Of a stretch of 64,000 nucleotides of DNA, positions 50,783 to 59,564 are shown in pieces (position 1 is the first letter of the stretch; every line of letters starts with the position of its first letter). A program made the translations under genes and the position numbers. The notes beneath the pieces were generated by a model. It worked only from the letters and a program-made list of their open reading frames with translations, searched no databases and was not told where the DNA came from. Source of the stretch: Candidatus Spongiisociaceae bacterium (GTDB taxonomy: Bacteria > Actinomycetota > Acidimicrobiia > Spongiisociales > Spongiisociaceae); assembly GCA_965219685.1 (NCBI GenBank), contig CBDCOH010000002.1:3520001-3584000 (forward strand). Direction: 5' to 3'.

Positions 50783-50822
50783 ACGCACCCACCAAACCTG
50801 GTACTTCGCTGCAAGGCAGGAG

Positions 50823-51236
50823 TCACGTCCACCGACCCATCCGCAATGTCGAACAACATCAACCGTTCCGCCAGTGTGGGCGGCGTGGCCAGCTTCGACT
50901 ACCGGCGAGACTCCGACTCCGGCGCCACCGAGACGATCACCGCCCGGCACGGCACCCTCACGGCCACGGCCCGCCAGTACTGGGCTGCCCGGATCCCCGC
51001 CGGCGCCAGCGGTTCGGGAGAGGTGGTGGTGGTCGACCCCGGTAACAACCGGGCGGTGGTTGTGACCGGCGATGACGTCTGGCTCGTGGAGTAACAGCTC
51101 CGCCGATCGCTTCGAGATCGACGGCGAACGCGTCCGCATCTCCATCTTCGAGGATGCCATGACCGTAGGGGATACGCTCAGCTACGAGATCTCACCCTCC
51201 GGCACAGCCAACACCTACACCCTCACCAGCCGCTGA
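50823..51236 (+). pseudogene. orphan alternative 3' end of SLH paralog 3
   Basis: Colinear with 48458-48870 (STDPS...NTYTLTSR); +1 A frameshift at about 51093. Confidence 0.92.
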
Positions 51237-51487
51237 TCCCCCAAGGCTCGCCCAGCCGACATGGGCTTCGAAAGGGGCTAGTCAAGGCCAGCGGTAGCTC
51301 TTATATTCCCAAGAAGAGGTCAGCGCGGGAGGGGTAGCCAGTGACCGCAGTCACCGGGGCCGTGGTCGATGTCGAAGACCAGGCTCGCTAAGCCGAGCCC
51401 CGTACGATCTTCGCATAGGCATTGAACGCCCGCAGATCGGCAACATCTGAGCGGTGATACAGTCCCTCGCGACAAAAGGAGCAGGAA

Positions 51488-51832
51488 GTGGCATCCACGA
51501 CTGTCACAACCAGAACACAGCCGACTGCTGGCGCGTCCACCGTAGGGAGTGCATCCCCGACCCTATCGGCGGACCGGTTACGGGATGTTGAGCAGCAGAT
51601 CCAGAGAATGGTTGTTCTGCTGGCGCCACATCGGCGTGATCTCGACCTACTAGGTCAAGTCTTGAGACGTTGGGCAGCAACGCAGCCACCCTCCCCTTAC
51701 GAGCACATAAGGGAGGCGTTCGCCGAGCAGGCTAACGATATCCGGTGCCATTGGGAACAGGTGGGCTTCTACCTTCAGAGAGCCCTAGACGACTTCGAGA
51801 CAAGACCGGAACGTCGACCTCCGTCGGGCTAG
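51488..51832 (+). CDS. hypothetical protein
   Basis: AGGA RBS, helical 114-aa ORF. Confidence 0.45.
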   Translation: MASTTVTTRTQPTAGASTVGSASPTLSADRLRDVEQQIQRMVVLLAPHRRDLDLLGQVLRRWAATQPPSPYEHIREAFAEQANDIRCHWEQVGFYLQRALDDFETRPERRPPSG

Positions 51833-51929
51833 GGTGCTGGCCCGTTGAGCATCCACGGTAGGAGTTCGTCTTGCCGCTCGTGTAACACCCGCGGATAATT
51901 TCATCAGGGTGATTCCATCGGAGGGAGAT

Positions 51930-52166
51930 GTGATGCAGGCAGAGGCTACGGCTGTACGTTCCCGGAAGGAAGAGGTGTTCGCGGTCTTCGAGCAACGCGA
52001 GAAGGCACAGAAGCCTCCATTCGACGACGTGCTCGTGTTGTTCCACCACATGAGGGATCGCGGCTCCGACATCGACGACGTCGGGCTGGCTGTAGCGATC
52101 AGTCGCCTCGTACGCGAAGGAAGACTCCGCTATGCCCTCGACGGCATCCGGGTGATTCATCGGTGA
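51930..52166 (+). CDS. small hypothetical protein, possibly winged-helix
   Basis: GGAG RBS; LAVAISRLVREGRLRY pattern. Confidence 0.45.
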   Translation: MMQAEATAVRSRKEEVFAVFEQREKAQKPPFDDVLVLFHHMRDRGSDIDDVGLAVAISRLVREGRLRYALDGIRVIHR

Positions 52167-52414
52167 GCGGTCGGTAAGGCCGACTCCGCCGATCAAGTCT
52201 CGGTGATCCTCGAGAGAGCGTCCACGGGTATGGGAGTTCTTGACCGCTGAACGAACCAAGCTGACTCCGAGGCATCCCGGGACGGTCTCGTCGAACCGGA
52301 GATTGCGTTCTGACCCGGATTCGCCTGGAACCCTTCCCGGCACGGTCGGTCGCCCCACAAGGTTGATCGGCCGTTATCCTGGGAGGTAGAACGCGAAAAA
52401 CGTGGGAGGAACTG

Positions 52415-54508
52415 ATGTTCCCGTCGAGGAGAAGTACCTGGTCGGCGGTGGTCCTGGTCTCGGTCCTGCTGGGGATCTCGTTGGTTCCGGCCTCCGCCTG
52501 GAACGGGGAAGCCGACGAGCCGGCCCTCTACTCGGCCTGCGTGGGTCCGGCGTTGGAAGAGGCCCGGTTCTCGGATGTCCGCAGGTACCCGGCCGAGATG
52601 AGGCAGGCCATAAACTGCCTCTCCCATTACGGGATCACCTACGGCACCGGCGTCGACACCTTCTCACCGGACGCTCCGGTAAGCCGCGAGCACATGGCGC
52701 TGTTCCTGGTCCGGGCGGCCGGACCGGCCGGGATCGACGTGCCCAGGGCTTCCAGTCGGCCCGCTCGGGACTTCACGGATGTGGAGGGGCTGTCCGACGA
52801 GTCGCTGGAGGCAATCGACCAACTGCTCCGGATGGGCATCACGGTCGGCAAGACCCGCTCCACGTTCGCTCCCCACGAGACGGTCACCCGAGACCAGATG
52901 GCCCTCTTCCTGTACCGGTTCCTCGATCTGGCCCCGGTCGGTCCGGGAGGGGTCGATGTCGAAGACGCCTTCCCCGACGACAGGCACTTCGAGGATCTGA
53001 GGGACTTGCCGATCAGGACTTACGACGCGGTGCGTACCCTGTTCGAGATGGGGGTGGTGGAGGGCACCTCGAGAACCACCTTCAGCCCCCACCGGCCGGT
53101 GACCCGAGCCCAGATGGCGCTGCTGATCACCCGGATGCTCGGCCACACCAACGCCCGGCCCGCCGGCCTCACCATGCAAACGGACGGCGTGGTGGTGGAC
53201 GCCGAAGCCGACGCCGAGGTGGTGATCTCGATACGGGACCGGTGGCATCGCCCCGTACCCGATGAGCTGGTGGACGTGTTCGAGTGGACCGTGCCGGACT
53301 CCCGCCGGGTCGACCCCTTCGATACGCAAGGCCGGTGCGAGGAGGACCAGGTCCGGGTCGTGTTCGGGAACGATCCCTGCGAGATCGATCAGAGCGACGA
53401 CACCACGGACCCGGACGGGAACCTGGAGTTCGAGCTGTTCGTGGACGACGACCTGACCCTGTGGGCGTGGAGCGGGGACCTGCGAGATCGATTCGATCTG
53501 GACCGCACGAACTATGTCTCGATCGAGTTCACCGCCGTGGAGCCGCCAGACGCCTTCAAGGTGACCGACGACATGCATCCCGAAGCGGAGAAGATGCTGT
53601 ACGGGAACTCGGTCACCTTCACGTTCCAGCTGGTTGACGAGGACGGGAAGCCGGTGCGCCGGGGGGACGTGGAGATCGAGATCCAGACTGAGGAGATGAG
53701 CAACAACCAGCTGGCCAGGAGGGAGACCAAGACCTACTACACGGACTCGGGCGGGGAGGTCACCCTCTACTACCGCATCAACCGCGCCCGGTACGGCGAC
53801 ACCAACACCGAAAGCGAGTTGAATGTCATCGTGCTGGACTCAGCCGGTCTGGATGTGACCGACGAGACCACAGTGGACGTCCTGGGCACGGACGTGCTGG
53901 TGTGGTCCAGAGAGGAGCGCGAGCCCACCACCTTGGTGCTGTCCCAGACGCTCGAGTACCACACCGCCGAAGCCAGCGGAGGCCGCAACCGGGTGACCGC
54001 CACCCTCATAGACCAGTACGGCGACCCGGTGCGGGGCGAGATGGTCCACTTCAGGTCGAACGACAGTGCCGGCCTGGACGCCGATTCGACGGATCCGAGC
54101 CTGGCCAAGGAGAACTACCGGAAGCCGACCAGCAGGCGAGGAGAGGCCACGGTCACCTACATCCGCGACTCCGCCACCCCGGAAACCGAAGACTTCGCTA
54201 CCACCTTCGTTGAAGGCGAGACGGTGACCGTCGCTGGGATGACCAAGCATTACTGGGTGCTCCCCGCTCCAGCAGGACAGACCAGCGGCGTACTAGTTCT
54301 CCACGACACCAGGAGGAGCACCCTCGTGTACGACCCGACGAACGCCGGTCCCTACACGATCGCTTACGACTCCAGAGACTATTTCTACCTAGGAGCCAGC
54401 CCGGAAAGCTACGACAGTTTCCGCGCGAAGGTGATGGAAGGCCAGACCCTGACGGTAGACGTGACCTCTCACAGAGCGAGCGACGTCAACACCTTCACGC
54501 GCAGCTAG
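52415..54508 (+). CDS. SLH-domain surface protein (paralog 4)
   Basis: LYSACVG, VSREHMALFL, GHTNARPAG, FTFQLVD, ATLIDQYGDPV. Confidence 0.88.
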   Translation: MFPSRRSTWSAVVLVSVLLGISLVPASAWNGEADEPALYSACVGPALEEARFSDVRRYPAEMRQAINCLSHYGITYGTGVDTFSPDAPVSREHMALFLVRAAGPAGIDVPRASSRPARDFTDVEGLSDESLEAIDQLLRMGITVGKTRSTFAPHETVTRDQMALFLYRFLDLAPVGPGGVDVEDAFPDDRHFEDLRDLPIRTYDAVRTLFEMGVVEGTSRTTFSPHRPVTRAQMALLITRMLGHTNARPAGLTMQTDGVVVDAEADAEVVISIRDRWHRPVPDELVDVFEWTVPDSRRVDPFDTQGRCEEDQVRVVFGNDPCEIDQSDDTTDPDGNLEFELFVDDDLTLWAWSGDLRDRFDLDRTNYVSIEFTAVEPPDAFKVTDDMHPEAEKMLYGNSVTFTFQLVDEDGKPVRRGDVEIEIQTEEMSNNQLARRETKTYYTDSGGEVTLYYRINRARYGDTNTESELNVIVLDSAGLDVTDETTVDVLGTDVLVWSREEREPTTLVLSQTLEYHTAEASGGRNRVTATLIDQYGDPVRGEMVHFRSNDSAGLDADSTDPSLAKENYRKPTSRRGEATVTYIRDSATPETEDFATTFVEGETVTVAGMTKHYWVLPAPAGQTSGVLVLHDTRRSTLVYDPTNAGPYTIAYDSRDYFYLGASPESYDSFRAKVMEGQTLTVDVTSHRASDVNTFTRS

Positions 54509-54529
54509 CCACTAACTAGCCGCCAGCCG

Positions 54530-56623
54530 TCAGGCCGCGTTGACGCTGATGGTGTGGTAGCCGGTTGCTCCGTCGGGTCGGGGCGGTTGGACCCTGGCGG
54601 TCTGGGTGGAACCGGTGCCGTCGGCTGCTCTGACCGCGATCGTGTGGGGACCGGGGGTGAAGTCGTGTTCCAGGTACCACTGGCGCCAGGTATCTATGGA
54701 CAGTTCCTGGGGAAGGGTCGCGTTCGTCCATGGGCCGTCATCGACCTGGACCTGTACCCTGATGATTCCCCGGTTCTGGGCCCACGCGACTCCGGCGATG
54801 ACGTTGGGGCCGGCTTTGATCTTTCCCTCCCTGGGGGTGTCGATCCGTGACTGGGTCTTGATGGGCGCCTCCTTGGCCCATCCTCTCGGGATCCAGTAGG
54901 CGTCGAAGTCGTTCCATCCGGTGAACTCCACCTCGGTCAGCCACTTGGTGGCCGACACGTATCCGTACAGGCCGGAGACGACCAGGCGGGCCGGGAACCC
55001 GTGTCGGAGCGGGAGCGGCTCACCGTTCATTCCTACCGCCACCAGGGCCTCGCGCCCGTCGAACACCGCGCTGGTGGGGAAGCCCACCGTGAACCTGTCG
55101 ACCGACCGGCCAACCAACTGGGTGCCTCCCCGCCGGACACCGGCCCGCTCGACGAGCTTCCAGAGTGGAACGCCCAGCCACTTGGCGTTGCCGACCAGAT
55201 TCCCGCCCACCTGGTTCGACACGCAGGCGAGCGTGATGTAGCGCTCCACCAGCGGCATGGCGATCAACTCGTCGTAGGTGATGCTGAAGGGGGTGTCCAC
55301 CTGGCCGGTGAAGGAGAGGGTCCAGGTCCGGAGGTCGACAGTGGGAGTGCCGATGGCGGTGTCGACCACGTAGAACTCGTGGTTGGGCGTGATCAGGTCC
55401 GAGACGCCGTCGACGGGTGCGATCTGGGCACGGGTCGGAGCCGCCACGCCGGAAACGGCCGGCTCGGTTGTGGTGGTCGTCTGGACTGGCTGGGTGGTTG
55501 TGGTGGTCGTCTGGACTGGCTGGGTGGTCGTGGTGGTCGTCTCGACTGGCTGGGTGGTTGTGGTGGTCGTCTGGGCCGGCTGGGTGGTTGTGGTGGTGGT
55601 CTGGACTGGCTGGGTGGTTGTGGTCTCGACCGGCTGTGCTGTGGTGGTGGCCCCCTGCGTCGTCTCGGTGGTTGCGGGCTGGGTGGTTGTGGTTTCGACC
55701 GGCTGTGCTGTGGTGGTGGCCCCCTGCGTCGTTTCGGTGGTTGCGGGCTGTGTGGTGGTGGCGTCGGACGGCTGGGTCGTTCCGGCGGTCTCGGCGGCGG
55801 CAGGGACGGTCTCGTTCGTGGCGGGTGCCTCCGGCGCCTGGGTGATCTCGGCGGCGGCGGCGGTGGAGGGCGCCTCGGCCGCCTGAACGGTGTCGGCGGA
55901 GGCCGATGTGGGTTCGGTGGCAGCCATCGTGTCGGCGGCGGCCGTCCCCGTCGTGGTCGCGGTGTCGTCCGCCGACGGAAATGCGGTGGGGAGTGTCACC
56001 TGCTCCCGTCCGATGACGGCCGACCGTACCCGGCTTCCGAGGTAGCGGCCGAGGAGAGTCTCGCCCACCGATACGGCCACCGTCGCGGCCGACGCGGTGA
56101 GGAAGACGCGCCGTGATCCGGCGGCGACGCCTCCCTCGGGAGAAACGGAACGCTGCAACAGGAAGCGGAGTCCCAACAGCACCCCTACGCCCATGGCCGT
56201 AGCAGCCGCCGCGGCGACCAAGGGAAGAAGGGCTCCGGCCAGCGGGTCGGTCCGCCCTGCCGCATAGCCGACCATGCCGAACACTACGAAGCCGGCCGCG
56301 GCCAGACCCGGACGGTCCCTGGCCAGGATGCCGAGAAAAGCGCCGATCACGAGGGAAACAACGACGATCCCGATCACCAGCACCAACTTGTCATTGGTGC
56401 CGAAGGTGGCGATGGCCCAATCCACGACAGGTACCGGGCTGTTGTCGATGACCCGTTGACCGATAGTGCGTATCAGAGACGGCGCGGACAGGAAGAGACC
56501 CGCCACCAGCTCGGAAACGGCGAGAGCGGCGCCCGCGGCGACCACACCCAGCAGAGCGAAGTCGAGCCGGGACCGCAAGGAGATGCGACGCCTGGGTTCC
56601 GGAGCCTGGTCTTCATGCTTCAT
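54530..56623 (-). CDS. membrane-anchored molybdopterin oxidoreductase (sulfite-oxidase family) with Thr-rich linker
   Basis: N-terminal TMs, SRRVFL; TLACVSN.VGG.LVGNA.W.G; GEPLPLRHGFPARL..GLYGYVSATKWL; GVAWA, WRQW. Confidence 0.9.
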   Translation of the reverse strand: MKHEDQAPEPRRRISLRSRLDFALLGVVAAGAALAVSELVAGLFLSAPSLIRTIGQRVIDNSPVPVVDWAIATFGTNDKLVLVIGIVVVSLVIGAFLGILARDRPGLAAAGFVVFGMVGYAAGRTDPLAGALLPLVAAAAATAMGVGVLLGLRFLLQRSVSPEGGVAAGSRRVFLTASAATVAVSVGETLLGRYLGSRVRSAVIGREQVTLPTAFPSADDTATTTGTAAADTMAATEPTSASADTVQAAEAPSTAAAAEITQAPEAPATNETVPAAAETAGTTQPSDATTTQPATTETTQGATTTAQPVETTTTQPATTETTQGATTTAQPVETTTTQPVQTTTTTTQPAQTTTTTTQPVETTTTTTQPVQTTTTTTQPVQTTTTTEPAVSGVAAPTRAQIAPVDGVSDLITPNHEFYVVDTAIGTPTVDLRTWTLSFTGQVDTPFSITYDELIAMPLVERYITLACVSNQVGGNLVGNAKWLGVPLWKLVERAGVRRGGTQLVGRSVDRFTVGFPTSAVFDGREALVAVGMNGEPLPLRHGFPARLVVSGLYGYVSATKWLTEVEFTGWNDFDAYWIPRGWAKEAPIKTQSRIDTPREGKIKAGPNVIAGVAWAQNRGIIRVQVQVDDGPWTNATLPQELSIDTWRQWYLEHDFTPGPHTIAVRAADGTGSTQTARVQPPRPDGATGYHTISVNAA
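55465..55765 (-). repeat. 30-bp (x5) and 69-bp (x2) Thr-rich in-frame repeats
   Basis: QPVQTTTTTT and QPATTETTQGATTTAQPVETTTT units. Confidence 0.9.
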
Positions 56624-57133
56624 CCATCCAAGAGTAGAGGGATCTGGTGGATTGTGGATGGTGGAATTAGTGGCTTGTGGCGAGCCCCGAGTCTTCATCG
56701 ATCGGGGTTTGTAGGGGTTGACGGAGCGGGAGTTCTGGAATCCTGACCTGGCATTACGGCTACCGATAGCCTTGTCCTGGAGACGGTGCGAGTTCACCCG
56801 CCGCGTGAAGGCGGCCTCTACGGAGTCCATAGGGTTCAACTGGCCTGATGTACATCGGTGTGCCGGGGACATGAAGATGCTTCTATGACGCTCCCATATT
56901 GTGGAAGTCGGTTGTCGGTATCTATCCACTATTGAGATCGGGTGGAGAGATGATGTTTGTGGCCCGGCGCGCTCGAGTGCTGGGATAAGGCTGTGTTGTG
57001 TCCGGAGGCTCCGGCGGCCCGCATGGTGGTGACGCCTGCACCACCCACGATGCACCGCCAGAGGCCCCGGATCCCGATCCGATCCCAGGTCGCCCCACCA
57101 GCCACAAACCACAAGTCACAAGCCACCGTTACT

Positions 57134-59236
57134 ATGTCTCCAGGCAAGCAGACGGAGGTAGTGCGGGTGTTGCAGGAGGCTAAAGGCCGTTGGCGGTGGA
57201 TCGGGCCGATCCTCCTAGCGGTGGTCGGTTCCCTTCTGGCTGTTCCAGCGGTTCCCGTAGCCGCGCGGTCCGGGCATGCGGACCATCCCGCCCGGTATTC
57301 GGCCTGCGTGGGGGCCGCGACCAAGCCGTTCGGGTTCGATGACACGGAAGGCAACTTTGCAGCGGCGGCCATAGATTGCCTGGCGCACTACCGGATCACC
57401 AAGGGGACCTCGGCGACCTCATACAGCCCCGGCGAGGTGATACCACGGTGGCAGATGGCTCTCTTCCTCGCTCGGGCGACCGGCCCGACCGGCATCACGC
57501 TACCGCCTCCCGTCGCGCGGGGATACACCGACATCGCCCGGTTGAGTCCCGCTGCCCGCGATGCCATCCACCAGCTGGCGCAGTTGGGGATCATGCTCGG
57601 CACGTCCGCCACAACCTTCGACCCGTACGCGCCGGTGACCCGCGTGCAGATGGCGGTGCTGCTTGCCCGGTTCCTGGACGCCGCCCCTACGGGTCCGGGA
57701 GGAACGGACATCAAGGACGTGGAACCCGACGACAATGTCTTCCGTGATCTCAGCGGGGTGCCGTTCAGCACGTACCAGGCGATCCGCCGTCTCTACGAAC
57801 TGGACGTCACCGAGGGCACATCGGCCAGCACCTTCTCGCCTGCCGCGCCGGTGAGCCGGGCCCAGATGGCCGCTTTCATCACCCGGATGCTGGCCCACAC
57901 CAACGCCCGCCCGTCCGGCGTGTCCGTGCAGACTCCCGAGGAAGATGTATTCGCGAACTCTGACGCCCTCGTGCTGGTCTCGGTGCGTGACCCCAATCAC
58001 CAGCCGTTCTTCGAAGCGAGCGTGGACATCTTCATGGCCGCCGATCCCACCAAGGCCTTCGACAAGGACGGCCGCTGCACGGAGAAAGCCCTGGCTGCGG
58101 CGGGTGCGCTGGCGTGTGTCATGGACAACTCCGACCCGGAGACCGATGCCGCGGGCAACGCGTCGGTCCCGGTGGAGGTCGGCGATGACGACTCCCTGCG
58201 TATATGGGCGTGGAGAGGGGAAGACGGCGCGGCTTTCGACGAGAATACCTCCGAGGCGGCGACCGTCGACATCGAGCTTCTCAGCGACGCCACCGCCTTG
58301 GAGGTCACCGACGACCTCGCACCCACCGCCCGCAAACTCCGCTTCGGCGGCTCAGTGACGTTCACGTTCCAGTTGATCGACAGGGACGGCGACCCGGTGT
58401 CGAAGCCGGGCGTCAGCTTCAGCATCAACGTGGCGGAGTCGAGGGACAACGGCCGCACCTTCGACCGGAGCGTCATCACCAAGGAGACCGGTGTCGACGG
58501 CGCCGCCCAGGTGACCTTCCTCCACTCGGACCCCACCGCCCAGCCGGGTGACGTGGCCAGCCTCGACCTCGATGTCAGGATCGGCAACAACCTGGGCGTC
58601 GTGGACGCCACCACCATCGGGATGGTGGACGACGACGGCACCAACGACGATCCCCTGCTCGACTGGGTCGACGAACGCGCCGAGCCCACTTCGCTCGTGC
58701 TGACGGTGCCCAGGGAATACCGGGTCGCCTCCTCGGAGGACACCGGCGCGGGCGGCGCCGTGAGGGCTACCCTCACCGACCAGTTCGGCGGACCGGTGGT
58801 TCGCGAGCAGATCTCCTTCAGGTCGAGCGATCCCATGGGGGTTCCCAGCGGGGTGCGGCGCGCCACCAACTCGAGCGGCGTGGCCACCCTCCACTACCTG
58901 CGGGACTCCGCGGCGGGCGGCGTCGAGAGGATCACCGGCCAGTACGAGCGGGTGGTGGCCACCGTCCGCCAGTTCTGGGCGGGCCGGGTGACCGGCGCCG
59001 CCACCGGCTCCGGTGAGGTGAGGGTCGTGAACACGGACGACAACACGGTGATCGTGGTGGCGGGCCGCGACGTCCGGCTGGTCGCGTACGACGCCAACGA
59101 CCACCTCTACATCGGCACGGAGACGGTTCACATAGACGGATTCGAGGAAGCCCTGAGCGTCGGCGACACCCTCGCCTACGAGATCAGCAGCACGGCCGAG
59201 AACGCGATCAACACCTTCACGCTCACCGACAGTTGA
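57134..59236 (+). CDS. SLH-domain surface protein (paralog 5)
   Basis: RYSACVG, IPRWQMALFL, AHTNARPSG, FTFQLID, LTDQFG; start approximate. Confidence 0.87.
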   Translation: MSPGKQTEVVRVLQEAKGRWRWIGPILLAVVGSLLAVPAVPVAARSGHADHPARYSACVGAATKPFGFDDTEGNFAAAAIDCLAHYRITKGTSATSYSPGEVIPRWQMALFLARATGPTGITLPPPVARGYTDIARLSPAARDAIHQLAQLGIMLGTSATTFDPYAPVTRVQMAVLLARFLDAAPTGPGGTDIKDVEPDDNVFRDLSGVPFSTYQAIRRLYELDVTEGTSASTFSPAAPVSRAQMAAFITRMLAHTNARPSGVSVQTPEEDVFANSDALVLVSVRDPNHQPFFEASVDIFMAADPTKAFDKDGRCTEKALAAAGALACVMDNSDPETDAAGNASVPVEVGDDDSLRIWAWRGEDGAAFDENTSEAATVDIELLSDATALEVTDDLAPTARKLRFGGSVTFTFQLIDRDGDPVSKPGVSFSINVAESRDNGRTFDRSVITKETGVDGAAQVTFLHSDPTAQPGDVASLDLDVRIGNNLGVVDATTIGMVDDDGTNDDPLLDWVDERAEPTSLVLTVPREYRVASSEDTGAGGAVRATLTDQFGGPVVREQISFRSSDPMGVPSGVRRATNSSGVATLHYLRDSAAGGVERITGQYERVVATVRQFWAGRVTGAATGSGEVRVVNTDDNTVIVVAGRDVRLVAYDANDHLYIGTETVHIDGFEEALSVGDTLAYEISSTAENAINTFTLTDS

Positions 59237-59564
59237 GTTCCTCGGCAAAGGGGTGGACAGTGGTCGGTGGTCGGCTCCCCAGGTACGAGCACGGTCGGCG
59301 CCGGGTCGTGACCCGCAGGGCGTACCCCACGCGCTCAGCGGCCATCGTCGGAGGCGCCGCCCGATCGGATAACGGAGAGGGCCGGCTCTCGCAGCCCGAG
59401 TGAAGGAACTCACCCGAACCGGTGTTCCGGCTGATCCGGATAGATCGGGTTAGGACGACCTTTCCACTAGCCTTCACCGGTGGGACCGCCATGATCCGAG
59501 GGACCGGACATCCCGGCGGGGATTGGCTCGAAGAAACCGCAAGAGGCCGGCACATGACAGGCAC

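Noticed and set aside
48458-51236. Diversity-generating retroelement (VR/TR pair), also considered for 61440-63223 given the Avd-like gene
   Set aside because: Differences between copies are largely synonymous C/G/T changes rather than adenine-specific, and no reverse transcriptase is in the window
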